Source: Utricularia gibba
Taxonomy: Eukaryota; Plantae; Magnoliophyta
Direction: 5' to 3'
DNA length: 64,000 bases
Assembly: GCA_002189035.1 (NCBI GenBank)
Contig: NEEC01000010.1
Span: 1,116,001-1,180,000, forward strand
Positions 43,590 to 57,703 of the stretch are shown piece by piece. Both the position numbers and the translations under genes were made by a program. Under the pieces are notes generated by a model, which worked only from the letters and a program-made list of their open reading frames with translations, ran no database searches and was not told the origin of the DNA. Positions within the stretch are counted from its first letter, which is position 1. Each line of letters begins with the position of its first letter.

Positions 43590-45964
43590 CTACAAAGGAC
43601 TGAAGGGCTCGGGAAGAGTTCCGAAACCAGTGTCAAACATGAGCTCTTGGTCAGGCATGTCATCGATGCTGTGAAGCCAGTTTGTGTTCTTGAGGTCCTC
43701 TTTCAGAAGAATCATATCATACCTGCAGCTTTCGTAGATGTCTGGATTTATCAGTTTCGCAGAAGCTAAGCAACTGCCTTCTTTACTCCCACTTTCTGAG
43801 TATCTGCGGGCCGTCACCTGCTCTCCACTGGCGCCGTTACTTGTTACAGCAGGCGTGCCGCTACTGACTGGAGATGTCCAGGAAGGGGTTTTCTCGCTGC
43901 TGGGCCGAATGCTCTGAGGGAATAGGTTTGTGGATGAAATTCTCCTGGTTCCGCTGCTTCCATTTCTAATTTCCTGTAACAGGAGGAGGATACGTTTGAA
44001 AACAAAAAATGGATAATGCAAGCAGAAGATGACTACCTTATTCCGTATAAAGCTGGTTGCAGCGTCTGGTGATAGCTTCACAGGTCTTCGTGTTGGCATT
44101 TCTCTGTGGATGTCGAATCCGCAAGGCAACTGCCCATTGGCAAGTGCACGATTTTTCAATGTGGGATCTGCTGCAGCTCTTCCCCTGGTGGCAACCGGCG
44201 AAGGCTGCCTCTTGGGAAGATTACCATTAGGAAGATCTTCTTGCCTTTTTGTAGCCGTGGGTCTGGACCTCCCAGCTGATAAAGGCCTATCTGGCAAGGA
44301 GGTGCGGAGGTTTGGTGGAGTTTCAAGTGAAAAATCAGGCAAAATGATGGGTTGTGGCGGAGGGCGAACACGCAGAGCAGGGGAACTTGGGCAAGAAACT
44401 GAACTGACACTTCGTCCGTTACTGAAGCTATGCCCAGCAGGGGTGGAATATCCAGAAGATGAGGAGGTGGTATTACGACGAACTGGGGTCGAGGGACGAG
44501 TGGGAGTTGAAGGCCTCGATGGAACTCTAGCAGGAGTACCATTCGAATTGGTTGAAGATTGAGACCGGGAAGTAGGAGTTGAAGGCCTGGAGCTGACGGA
44601 TGATCTTGGCCTATCCAACAAGGTGGGGTTAGCAACCGGACGAGGTTTTGAAGGTGTACTGGACCTGGATACCGAAGGACGGGCAGAAGAAGCAGGGTTT
44701 CTGGGTGAAGAGCGACTACTGGGAGTGGCTGGCCTGATATAAGATGAAACCGAAGCAGAGCTTGTGTTGAGCATGGCCGCTGATTTATTTGAGAGGGCGG
44801 TATGATGTGAAGCAGAGATGGAAGGTCTGGTCGCCGAGCTGCTCCGTGATGGCTTCGTTGCCTGAGTGTTCCCTGAATTAGACGTTGACAACTGGAAACC
44901 AAAAAAACCAGGATGATAGACAGAAAACAGCATAGAAAAAAATATTGAAATAACTTCAGCATTGCAAGGAACTATAACGCACAGTAGCAGTTGCAATGCT
45001 CAAACAAAACTGGTGTTGATTCATACCCGTGAGGCTTTTGTAGTGGATGATGATCTCGCTAAAGTGCCACTACGTCTTGGAGCCAGAATGGAAGCCTGAG
45101 ATTCATTCCCGTTGGAAAAAGGGGTTGCAGGAGGAGTAAGAAGCCTGTGAGAAGCAAATCATTGTTCATGTAATTAGAAAACATAGACATGTGATGATGC
45201 TGAGTTACTTGCTGTCTCCGCATTTCATCAAGCATGTTGACAGGAAAGTGTTCACACGATCATCTAGAATTTGAAAATTCTCTGTTTTACACGAACATGA
45301 GAAAGATTTAAATCCAAATTGGGAAAGATTAAGCATGGGATTTAGAAACTATGAGAAGAATGCAATCCGGCTCAAGTGGGTAACTAATGACAATCAAAGA
45401 GGAGTCAGTGGATTCGATTAATACGAGAACAAATGACAAGAGAGCAAGAACAGAGGGAAACGAATCACCAATCGTAGTCATGCTTTCCTGCATCAGGAGA
45501 CAAGAAACCATCGGATCCATTCTTCTCCAGCATCGCAGTTCCGATTGAGAGCCTTCCCAATCTCAAGGATACTGCAAAAGGTGGACCATTCCAAATCAGG
45601 GCACAGCGCATGAACACTTCGAAAACAGGGAAAAAAAAGCATGACAGAGACAACACATGAAGCAATGAATTAACGATGCACCGTCTGCTTTCTGTTTACC
45701 AACTGAGGACTTGTCGCAAACACTCGAAACACAAACAGTAACAGAAGAAAACGTGTTGTCACGCGGTAATCAGAAGCAACTACCATCGTACTCGTCGGCA
45801 GGGACGACGGAGAGACTCCAGCGTCCTTTAGAGAAGAGATCCAGTTTATCGTCGGCAGGATCCTTCATATTAGGACCTCCGGTGACGCTGCTGCCCCGGC
45901 GATGCAGCACCGCCGGAATACTGCGGCCACCGCCGATGAAAGAATCTCGCAATGTTCGGCTCAT
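43590..45964 (-). CDS. BPP: BASIC PROLINE-RICH PROTEIN (BPP) family microtubule-associated protein
   Basis: Exons 45964-45784, 45571-45468, 45144-45027, 44891-44037, 43973-43590. Motifs KLDLFSK, GKHDYDWLLTPP, a Ser/Arg/Pro-rich PSTP core, FSLETPPNLRTSLPDRPLSAGRSRP, YDMILLKEDLKNTNWLHSIDD and LPEPFSPL. Confidence 0.85.
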
Positions 45965-48479
45965 CGGAAGGCCGTCACACCTCGGCGGCGCAAAGCACGG
46001 GAAGCTAAGCTAGCACATGCGCAGTGTCACATAACGCGTGAGCAGTCGGAAGCGACGGGAGACGGTGTCAGGAAGGAAAAACAAGTAGTATATGGGTCTC
46101 CGCGGGGAACCTGTGGAAGCCAATGCGCCGGTCAGAGAATAACAAAAATTAAAAAATGGACAAGCTACTAAACGACGTCGTTACTGGGGCCCGGCACTCA
46201 TGACGTGTCTCCGGATAAAAATCTGACCAATGAGGTGAACTGTCCCCAACAAAATATGTTTCACCACACTAAATCAGATTACATTTTTATTTCAATTTTA
46301 AAATAAAGAATTCATTTTCATTTTTTTTAAAAATTCACAAATTACCCGATAAGAGCGAGCAGCAAGTCAAAGTGGCATGAAGTAATCTCCCTCAGTAGCA
46401 GGTCGATGTGGTCAGGGCCCAGGGCCCACAGAATCTGGCGCTGAACATTTTAAGTAGATGAATGAATTAACTGTTCACCCCATTATTAATAGATGAAAGA
46501 TGAATTTCATCATGAATTATTTTGGATCATATGAAGAATTTGTGGAGGGAAATTTCATTATTTTTATTAGAAATATTATCACTCAAATAGATATTTAAAA
46601 AAAATTGATGATTGTAAGCTTTTTTACCCCAATTTTATTTAAAAAATGTTAATTATTTAAATGAATGATTTTTACTGTACCTGAGGGGCCTGGGGTCCAC
46701 TTTTTATCCTACTATTGTTCAGTCAATGGAGGGATTGTCAGATTGTAAAACTGCCTAACGAAGTAATATTATATTATTTCATAAAAAATATAAATTTTAA
46801 TACATTAAATTACATATTGAAAAAATTAATAAATTAAATTATCGCATAGTTTAATACGATAATATAAATGTATTTTTGAAATATATAAGAGTTAATAGTT
46901 TAATTTTTCTAATTAATAACTCAAACAAATATTTAGAAAATTCAATAATCATTTAAGTTAATATCAAATTTTAAATTTTAGTTTTCCTACAAAACAAGAT
47001 AAGATTGGAATTTACTAAAATTAAAGCGAATCATTCCAACATATTTAGTTTACAGAACATGTTATAAGCACTCAGCTTCACATTTAAGAAAAAGAAGCAT
47101 TTCCTTGCTTTTTGTTTACCTTTATTTATGTCCAAGATACCAACTGAAAGGCATGGATTTAGACATATAAAAAGATGCAACAAAATTAGAATAAAACAAG
47201 GGGATGAAAAAAAGAAGAAAACTTAATGAGGAGGAGTTGTGGGGAATGGCATGTGTGCATCTTAATTAAACAATTAAAAATTCTTAAATCACACAACTGA
47301 TCACTTTGTGGACGAAACTTTCAAATCAAACTTAAACAATCGCAAAATTGATTTAATTTAATAATAAAATCCAGGATGAAATGAGTTGTGAAATAAATAA
47401 ATAATGGGAAAATAATTAGTGTAATGAGTAGATGTTGTAATAATGGTTTGTTGCGATGTCTTATTCAATGTGTTAGGTTTTGCAATTAATTCCTGTTTAG
47501 CATCTCGTTAAGGCGAACCCCACGTCCCATTAAGAAACCATTCAGCATGACGTCGACGACCAACACCATTTACAATATAAAAATAAATAATAATAATAAT
47601 AATAATTTGACCCATAATTTGTATTTTAATAACATATATTCCCCATTTTTGTAATTTTTAGTTATTTTCCAAATTTATAAAAAAATACTGGAAAGACAGT
47701 CCTCGTGGCCGATCCCATGCATGGGTTTGGTGGAGTGAAGAGGAAATGACACGTAGGGGAAAGAAGAGTAAATGGAAGGGAAGAAGGGGTGGGTGATGGT
47801 TGAGAATGGAGCAACGTCGACATCAGGGCCCACCACCTATTCATACGCCCTCCACACACCTCTTTTAAAACCCGGGCCGCTGGAGTGGATCCCTTTAATT
47901 ATTATTATTCTTATTAATTAGTATTACATACTTCAAATAATTATTAAATTTCTGCATTACTAAACATAAAAAAAAAAAACCTTTCAAAAAACCATAAAAT
48001 AAATTTCACTAAAAGTGAATTTCGGTGTTACCACAAATTCTCCTTATTTACCTTTTTACCACATTTGGGAACTCCACAGTAAAAAAACAAGGCAGTAAAA
48101 TCCGGGGGTGAAATGGCAGGTAGTTGGCAGTTACCCCGCCCCTGCCTCAGAGGTTGGTAAGTGAGAGTAGTCCTGAAATAAATTAAGGTTGGTGAATAAG
48201 TCATTGCATTCTGCAGACTCCAGTCTTGTGTTCGATCCAACCACCAGGATCACTTATTACCATCCTCTCTTTTTCAATACAAATTCTTTTTTTTTTCTTA
48301 AAAAAAAAAGAAGATATTTGCGCAAGGCCAATGAATGAACGAACACCTTCAACCGTGCGCCACGTTTATAAAAGTGGTGCGTCAATTTTTTGTCAATTTT
48401 ATTACACACTAAAACTAGACTAACCAATTTTCTGATACATCCCACTCCTTGTACTTGAGAGTTTTATTTTCTGTTATTT

Positions 48480-49620
48480 GAATGTATGATGATTACAAAG
48501 AAATGCCAATGACATACAACTAAGATGGCCAATTCATTACATTCATTTTTTGGTGATGGGTAACAATTTCAAGTTATATTTCCATATTTTAAAATTTGAT
48601 ATAATTAAAAATGAATTCATATCATTGTGATGTCAAAATGATTAGTTATTTATAACACTTCTCATAATTGTCCACTTGATAGACTGATTCAAAAATGAGA
48701 GATTGCAATCATTAAATACTATGAAAACTGTTGTGTTTGAAAAATTCTTTAATGTACTTCTTCCAACAAAAAAATCAATTCAATGACGTTAGATATTTTG
48801 ATCCAAAAATCCAAGTTATAATTAAAAGTTGATATGGTGAATTAGATCGAGTAGGATACAAGCTGCATTGAGCATGACACCAAATAATCCATAACTTTTA
48901 CAATACTTTTTTTCTAAGAAATCCCACTAAATCTTTTACAATATGACTTTGAGTAGGTGCTACTTTGAAATGGTACGTTATTAGCATTAAATTCTTCTAT
49001 ATAATGCAACCTTTTAGAGTTTGAGACTCTGAATTCAATTTTTCTGTTACATTTGGAGTAATAGCAAATTGAACTAATAAGGATTCACATGTTGTGCTCA
49101 TTTTAACAAAATAATGAAGTTATTAAACAGGGTGAATGCTATTTTTAATCACAACTTAAAAACTCTTTTTATTTCATACAAAATAATGAGATATTAGAAA
49201 TTAAACAAGCGATAAATAGGATAAAGTTTACTATGAATCATTTTGTTTATTCCAATATACTCTATAAGCTTTTAAATATGCAAAAGTTTTACAAAATTCT
49301 TCCTAATATAACTTGAAGTTCATATCAATAAAGTATTAGTTGTTGTAATCATTAGTATTTTATAGTGCAATCATATCAGACATTCCAGATAAAATTTATG
49401 CATCTTCACTTAAATTTTTTCATTTATTTCTTAAAGCTTCAAACTTTCAAACCTTTCCATTGGTTCCATTAGTCTTGATTGCATCACAATAGAAAAAAAA
49501 TAATATTTTTTCAACAATACTCTACTTTCTAGAATTGCCAATGATTGTATCAATTAAAGTATTCAATCAAGTCAACATTAGAAACTTGACTTCTTTATCC
49601 ATCCATCTCGTTATGGAAAT
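48480..49620 (-). mobile_element. Possible heavily decayed hAT transposase remnant
   Basis: Minus-strand fragments such as ECNELAIL (~48520-48545) recall the hAT C-terminal dimerisation motif ERLN.LAIL. No continuous frame and no TIRs found. Confidence 0.3.
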
Positions 49621-50081
49621 TATAATAGTCTAAGAAGAATACTTGTAAAAAAAATTAAATGATAAATATATTTTACATAAATAGTATAAAATCAAGTGAA
49701 ATATAATGAAATGATTAAAAAAAAATAAGAAAATTATTTTGAAACCACATACGATAAGGAGATTATAGAACATACTCGTGTTAGAAATATGGAATTACAT
49801 AACTCTACTATATGATAAATCAATTTATATGAATTAGTAATCCATTTTTATATTCGAACAATAGTAATCAAGTTACAAAATACTACGGATAACATGAAAA
49901 AATATTTAACTTTAATCAAATTTAAAAAATCAAATTTTCAAAAAATATAAATATGAATGACAAAATAAGAGTCAAGATGCCCCCATCCCTTGAATTTTCC
50001 TCTCCCTAGATACGCGTTGAATTTCCTTTCAAAATGTGACGTAATGGATGGAGTTATATTTCAACCATCATAATACTCTAT

Positions 50082-50461
50082 GGGTGTGTTCGGTTAGTGG
50101 GATAAGTTATCCCAAGATAAAATTAATTAGGATAGTGGGCTAGGATTAGATGAGATTGTATTTTGATGTGTTTGATTTGTGTTATAATAATTGGAATAAA
50201 ATAATTATTTGTACATTTAAAATAACGAAAATGTTCTTATTTTTCGGAATTGGGTTTTCTATAAAAAAAAAAAAAAAGACATTTATGATATTATTGGGGT
50301 ATTAAATAATACCACATAACAACCATGAATTATTTTATACTATTTTCGTGGTATAAGAAATACATACATTAAGGGATAACTAATTTCTTATTCGTAACCA
50401 AACATCGAATAATGATATATCATTTAGTTATCGCTCCTTATCCCACGAACCAAATACACCC
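50082..50461. mobile_element. Tourist-like (PIF/Harbinger) MITE, 380 bp
   Basis: 25-bp TIRs: GGGTGTGTTCGGTTAGTGGGATAAG (50082-50106) versus the reverse complement of 50437-50461, 22/25 identical. Flanked by a 3-bp direct repeat TAT (50079-81, 50462-64). AT-rich non-coding interior. Confidence 0.85.
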
Positions 50462-53377
50462 TATGGTTATTGAGCTTAATGACCAAAATAATCATATAAA
50501 TATATCTCGTATAAGATGTATGATTTATACCTATCATACCTACAATTATATGAATGAAACACTTGAACACAGACATAAAAACATGACATAAGTTGATAAT
50601 TTTCAAATAAAAATGACATGTATACATTTTGTTTTTTTGTTTATGCATCAATTTTTAATTAGACAATAAAAGAGATTGGATGAGAAGGAAAATGACACAA
50701 AAAATACATACATACATTATTGGAGTGGTCCATGCTGAAAAGGCTTCATCATTGCACCCGCATCGATGACTCATCTGAACTCGTACAGGTGCAAATGTCA
50801 CATTTGGCTGCAATAAAAAAAGGATATTTATTTTTGAACCGAAAAATGATCACCGTTCCGAAAACTGGAAAACTAATTCTTACAGTTTCGCAACTAAATC
50901 TGGAAAACGTTCTTGTATTGATGAACATGAATTGATTTAGGGTTTCATTTGAGTGCATTTATTTATCTACTTTGAATTTTAATACAAGATTAGGCAGGCA
51001 GCAGGTCTACGACAGGACAGACCCAATGCCCTTAATTGACATGCCGCATGGGGTTGGTTTTGCACTTCACCCACCTCCAAACCCATCATCCCCTAACGCC
51101 TTTTTTTTTTTACTACAATAGTGCTCTATGCATGTTCCATAATTTTGAATGATCCAAAAGCGACAAAATTTTGGGACTTTCATTTCGCAAAAAATTTTAA
51201 ATCCAAAATTTCAAGAAATTTGTCTTTTTTTTTTTTTGTTTTATGTCAAGGGCCAGCGTCATTAATACAACATCATCGGCTTCTCTTTATGGGCCGATTA
51301 TTTCTCGCACAAGGCTCAATTTTGTTTGCAGTGTTGGTCAGAATTTTGGTGCAGAATCCGTTCAAGAGGAGAAAAATCACTTTTGAATAAGACGAATTAT
51401 AAAACGTTAAAAATATTTTTTCACAAATCAACCCATTATTGACGTACAATTTATTTAAATTAAATAAAAAATGATGCATCCCATTATTGAAAAAAATCTT
51501 ATTTTTATTTAAATAAAAATAATTACAAAAATCTCATTATATTGTAAATTTTTCAAAAATTATATTACTAAAAAAACTCAAACAATTAATATCAAATATG
51601 ACAAATGCAACTCATTTCTGTAAGAATTGATTAGTTACTCATATTAACTAAGGGTCGTTACAAAAAAGTGCAATTTGTGCACTCAATATAGAATCGATTT
51701 CATGGAACTGATAGTTCATAAACCATGGTTCAATTACCATTTTTGGTTCCAATTTCAACTCAAAACCGAAATCATAAACCTTAAAACGAACAAAAACAAA
51801 AACTAAATGGTATAGTTTCAGTTAGAATCGTAGTTTTAAATAAAATATTAAAAATATATTTATGAATTATTCTAATTTCTACATTGACTCTGGGTTTATA
51901 GTTATCTACATATATTTTCGATGACCGTTGTGAAATGCATTAGAATTGAGATGAATATAATTACACATGTGATGTTTTTTGAAAGGGATGATGCACTATT
52001 AAGGGTTGTCGTTGTTTCTTGATTTAGTAGTAAACACTTTATTTTCCAGGTTGTAGAGAATAGTCTTATTGGTTATTCTGTCATTTCAATATCAATAGAA
52101 GATTTGGTGCGAGATATGATACATACATTTGGTGCTAGATCAAAAGCGGATATGCCCCGAGATAACTTTTCCTTCTCCTACTTGACTTTCTTATGCAGCA
52201 GCTTATCGGGCATGATGACTTGCAGAGTTCGTTGGCCCATCAGATGTATTGGCACATTAGTTGTGTCATTCATCACTCCTACTTCTTCTTGGACATGCCT
52301 AGTTTGCCAAACCGACCTTGAAATCTATTGGCTACCTCATCGGATCAAGTATGAACAAGCACCAAACTAGTTGTGTTTGAAATTATGCTTCACTCTCTCG
52401 ACCATTCACCAATGGCTGTGATCCTGTTGATTTTAGTGACAATCCCTTTCAAATCCAGATATTGAGCCCGGTTACAACTATAAATTTCCTTACATCATAA
52501 GAAGAATTAATTAAAATAATCGAGGCTTATATATAACTGAGTATGATATATTGAGCTTTGTTGGTGATATACTTGTGTCATAATAATTACATTGATAAAA
52601 TACCTTAGTTTTGAAAATGATTCTTAATTTGCCTGAATTTTTATATATGTATTTCTAAAATACCTGAAGTTTGAAATAATTTACAAATCAATTTAATATT
52701 ACATTTAATATTTGTAATAAACATATTAATATTATACTTTTTAATGAAAATGAATCATTTAAAATTAAATAATTTATATTTTAGAACACTATAAAACACT
52801 ACGAAATATGCATTTCATTACTTTTTTTGAAATTGTAATTTAAATTATTTATATTTTAAAAAATTAATGATTTTTAAGCATATATAAAAATTATTTAATT
52901 AAGTTTGCTAATTTCCCCTGATATATTGGATATATGACTTGTGTGTGTGATGCAATTTGTCCAATTATGGTATTCTTTCTTATTAACTATTTTATCATTT
53001 CTTATTTTACAGCTACATACTAACACATAATATATTTTCTAAGTTTTGTTCTTTCAACTAGGGAGATCAATTGTTTTACAAAAAATTAAATATATTTTTC
53101 GATAAAAGAAATAAAATGGAAGACATAAATACCAAATGCTTACACAAATACAAGTATTAACTATTTTGTATTATTATTTATGAAATAGGATGAAATGGTT
53201 TTTTTTTATTAACAAATACCTTAGAAAATGAATGAGAAAAGTAATACAAAATACCCATACAATGTACGTTAGTTAAGCAATGCAAACCCTAATTGCACAA
53301 AGGGGAAGAAAAATTAACAAGCACTCCATTTATAACCTAACGTATCCTTTTTTACATCATTCATGGCGATCTTGGTT

Positions 53378-53914
53378 TCAGGAGGAACTAGCTGCTACGC
53401 TGCGCATCATATCCTTGAACTCCACGAAATCCACCCGCCCATCGTGATTCCTATCAACGGAAGAGATCATCATCTCCACCCGCTCCATCTCCCCTCCTTC
53501 GCTCAGCCCCAGCTTCTCCAGCACCGTCTGCAGCTCCCTCGCCGATATGAATCCATCCCCGTCCTCGTCAAACACCTTGAACGCCTCGCACAGATCGGAT
53601 TCATCCGCCTCGGAGTCACCCGCCACCGACGCCTCGAAGAACAACTCCCCCAACGACCGGTGCAGCGCCGCGAAATCCTCGTACGTCAGGCCCTCGTTCC
53701 CAGGGTGGATGTAGGTCACCACCATGGACTCCATCTCCGATGGGTTGGAGTCCAGGCCGAGGAGGCCGAGGGCTTGCCGGAGCTCGTCTATGCTGATCAC
53801 GTTGTCGTGGTTTCTGTCGAAGAGGTCGAAGATGCGGCGGAGGCGGACGGAGTTCAAGCTGGGGCTCCGGAGGCGGAAAGAAGCTCCGGTGGACATCTTG
53901 ATTTGCTGCTCCAT
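53378..53914 (-). CDS. CML42: Calmodulin-like EF-hand protein, CML42/CML43-like, intronless
   Basis: ASFRLRSPSLNSVRLRRIFDLFD N-terminus typical of CML42/43. EF loops DRNHDNVISIDE, DEDGDGFISARE and DRNHDGRVDFVE; the second EF hand is degenerate. ATG at 53914. Confidence 0.92.
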   Translation of the reverse strand: MEQQIKMSTGASFRLRSPSLNSVRLRRIFDLFDRNHDNVISIDELRQALGLLGLDSNPSEMESMVVTYIHPGNEGLTYEDFAALHRSLGELFFEASVAGDSEADESDLCEAFKVFDEDGDGFISARELQTVLEKLGLSEGGEMERVEMMISSVDRNHDGRVDFVEFKDMMRSVAASSS

Positions 53915-56900
53915 TGGCAACCAAGTGTTCGTCGGAACCTCATGGTTAAGAGGAAGGACACTAAATATAGACACGGCGGGTAATGCGCAGTCAATGACGC
54001 GTGGGAGGTGCATATTTCGTACGGTCAACATCTTTCATTAAAATACAAGTAAAAAATTACTAATTATTTATTCAAATGGTATCATATTTATCCATATTAT
54101 TCAAAATTCATGTAGAATCAATTACCAATTTTTGAAAAAAACCACAAAATCAAAGAGCCCAACACGTCATTTTCAAATGGTATAAATCAATTATAATAAC
54201 GTTAAAAACATTAAAGATTAATTTTATCGAATACATCAAACTTTAGAGACTAAACATGTTCGATTTACCTCAAAAGCAAGTGAAAGTTCAAGTATTATCC
54301 AATGGTTTGACACCATGTTCTATTGAGAATTTGATTTACATAACTTTAATACACCTACAAAATACCATAAAAAAGAAATCCTAACTTCACTCCTGGAAAG
54401 AAAAGTTTAAACCTTAAAAATTGTGTTATATAAAATTTTTGGGTTCTATTTTTATTTCTGTTTTTATCAAAAATAATTTTGCATAGAACAATTATTATTT
54501 ATGTTTTTTTTTTACAAAAAATAATTTTTGGATATAGTTAAAATGAGGTAAAATTAAAAATAAAAAAACAACTACTACTATTTCTTATTTATATTTTTTT
54601 CATCATATTCCCAAAAAAGAACATTCAAAAACTTCTACTTCTACAAGTTTTTTAAAAACATGTTATTTCTATTTTTAAGTTTTCAAAAAATGTCTACTTC
54701 TAATCTTATTTGTTAAAAGTAGAAACAAAATTAAAAAAAATTTTCAGAAAATTCTTTAAAAGCAAGTTTGCGCAATTGCGTTGTTTTGATTTTTTTTTTA
54801 CGCATTTAATCAGATTCATAGAATGCTTTTAAACTAGAACATAGTCAACGTTTTTTTAATATTTTTAAATGATAAATTTATTTCTATAATAAATTATTGT
54901 ATGTATTACAAGAATAATTAATTATCCACCGTCCCTGGAAAAGTATTCTGAAAGTAATTTTAAAAGAGATGTTCTAGAAGGATAGAATATTTAGTTAGAC
55001 AAAAGAATTTTGATTATAAGGTTTGGAATGAGTGGGTTGTCGCAACGCGCCTTGGTCAACTTTTTTTTTTTTCTTTTTCTCTGAGGTGCGAGGACCCGAC
55101 TCGGTCGGGTCCTGTCCGCCAATGGCCTCTCTCTCGGGGCGAAGACTGGACTTATTGGGACGGACCCACACTGACCCGAACCATTGTGGGCCCACAGGTC
55201 TAGATCCGGTTGACCCGATATTGTCACGGGTATTTGGTCATGTTCTGTATGTGATAAGCTTGCAAATTACATGTACTTTTTATAGGACCTGAGCAAGAAA
55301 TGTTGATGATGAAACATTCTCATTAGAGAAATTCTGAGTATAAATTGTTCATAAAAGTATCTCATTAAATAGACAATTTATTGACAATAAATTTCTTTGA
55401 AAAAGAAGATTTCTTTTTGCGAAAAAAAGTATAAAGTGCAAAGTATACAAGAAGGATTAATCGTGTAATAAGAACTGGAGAGTAAGCACCCTACAAGCAT
55501 TGTTAAGATAAAGAAGGACCGAACAGAAGGTGCTCGAATAAAATCTCACCTTGATGAGTGCCCAAAAAATAATCCCTAGGGTGTCGAAAATCTAGGGAAG
55601 ACTCTTAACATAAGATGAATTGAGGGAGAAAATATTCAGATTTGTAGGGTGATTAGAGTCAGGGTTAGTCTGGAGCCGATCAACACCTGTTTGCACAAGA
55701 CTCAAGAATAGGAGCTTGAACCCTAAGACTAAAGATATGATTGGAAAATCAATTCAAAATTGATTTTAATACTTAAATTACATATTTATTTATATTTAAT
55801 CATAATTATATTTTATAAATTTATAATTTGAAATTTTTTTTGTATATCATTTATCCTATAAAAATATTGTATGATTTTTAAATTATAATTTGTGCTATTA
55901 GTTTAATTTCAATATTTTTGTATTAAATTTATAATTTAGAAATTAAAGTAATTAAATTATTTATAATAGATCAATTATAATTATTTATAAAAAGTATGAT
56001 TGTAATTTTAATTTTAAAATCAATTTTTTGAAAATCAATTCTAATAGAGAATCAATTATTTCATACTATTTATATAAATAAAATAATTTTCAAAAATTAA
56101 TTCTCACATAATAGAATTCAATATGAAGCTAGAATCAAAATTGATTTTGAAATAGAATTAATTCTGATGATTTCCAACGTTATCTAAACCTTTGAGTATT
56201 AAAGAGTAATTAAGAAATCTATTCACTGTATAAATACCTTTTTAAAAATCTACCCATCCTTCAAAAATTTTTAGAAAAGTATTCATTTTCTTCTATTTTC
56301 TTAAATGTTTAATTGAAGACAAAAAAATTTTGATTCCCAAGGAATAGAACTGGAAATATCCTAAATTCATTTATAACATTTGATTCAATATATGAATGTA
56401 ATTTATTGATTTTAATATAATTTGAATAAAAATTCATTTTTCCCCTTAAATTAAATACTACTTTATGGTTTGAATTTTGAATTTCTTTTGTTCAATTCCT
56501 AACATATTGTATAGTTTAAATTACTATCAAATAAATCTATTCCTAAAAAAATATCCTAACTATCGCTATTTTATAGAGTCAGTTTGATTATACTAAAGTT
56601 CATACTTTATAAATATTTAAAATTATTTTAATCTAATTATATTATAAATTTTTAATAGCATGTAATTAAAAAAAATAAAATGGTTATGATTCTAAATGAT
56701 TGAAAAGGATGGGTAGTTGTTTAAGTAATTAAGAGGAATTGGTAAATTTCTAATTGAATGTTTGATTGATTACGATACATGAGTGTTTTATAAAATTATT
56801 GTAAAATACTATGAATTAAGTAATTCAAAACTCATTTTTTAGAGATAAGTTTTGCTAAAACACGCTATAAAAAGTTACTATAAATGTACCATGTAAGTTG

Positions 56901-57567
56901 ACTTTCCAAATATAAATAAATTTTAAAAAAATTGAATTTTATTTCATAAAATTCAACCAGAAAATCCAAGTAAAATATAAAATGATTTCAAATTATATAA
57001 ATTTATTGTTTACAAAATCTAACAAAATAAAAATCAAAGTTTTTGTAATTATCATGTATTTTTACAATAGCTTTTTTTTACATTAAACATAAATAAATAC
57101 AGTTTTTTCTTTAAGTTTGGATCTGTTTTTTTAAAAAAAAAATAAAGGTGAAATACATGCACATTGACGTTTTAACAAAAGTGCGTGTATTTTCAGAAGT
57201 TTTAAAAAATCACATGTATTTTCTAAATCTACAGCAATAATACATGTAGCGAATTTTTTAGTACGATACATCACACGCGCATGGCACAACTCGCTCACAT
57301 GACACGTATAAAGCACGCGCCTTCTCGCTTTCTCTCTGTCTCCTCAGTATACTTCCCAACCGTTGTTTCCACTCTCGCTCTCTCTGTTTCAGGATTCGTC
57401 CCAACGGTTGTTTTGTTTCCACTCTCTCTCTCTATCTCCTCGTCTTCTCCTTGTTGCTTCTCTGTTAAAATAAATACCGCGGCCCGCCCCTTCCTTATCG
57501 GTCCTACTTTTTCCTCTCCTCTGTTCTTCTCTCTGTTTTTCCATCAAACGGCGATCTGGGGGAAGAC

Positions 57568-57585
57568 ATGGAGAGGAGACGTTGA
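57568..57585 (+). other. Short uORF (MERRR*) upstream of GCS
   Basis: ATG GAG AGG AGA CGT TGA ends 118 nt before the GCS ATG, downstream of the CT-rich putative 5' leader. The TSS is not known. Confidence 0.4.
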
Positions 57586-57703
57586 CTGCGCTTGCCCCGC
57601 GTTTTGCTGTACGATAGAAAATTGGTTATCCAAGACGGAGGAAGGATTGCATTTCAAAGATTAGTGTTTTGTGTTGCTTTTTTGGACGTGGGATTTTCGG
57701 ATA

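Noticed and set aside
43593-43614. miR319/159-like match (GGACTGAAGGG) at the BPP stop
   Set aside because: Only 11 contiguous matches, with mismatches at miRNA positions 1-2 and a bulge. The sequence is explained by the coding motif PEPFSPL, and no hairpin is present.
44029-44962. 177-aa (+) and 268-aa (-, alternative frame) ORFs inside BPP
   Set aside because: Expected by-products of a Ser/Pro/Arg low-complexity exon that is poor in stop codons in other frames.
46416-46698. Imperfect GC-rich inverted repeat pair (possible MITE)
   Set aside because: Roughly 75% identity over 17 bp with indels, and no TSD.
48187-48246. GTTCGATCC T-loop-like motif with a GGTTGG/CCAACC stem
   Set aside because: Too short for a tRNA; no D-arm or anticodon arm can be folded.
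51980-52490. GC-richer intergenic block with an 88-aa ORF, possibly retroelement-derived
   Set aside because: No diagnostic motif in any frame that I could recognise.
53363-53983. 206-aa plus-strand ORF over the CML gene
   Set aside because: Antisense shadow of a GC-rich intronless CDS; no recognisable domain.
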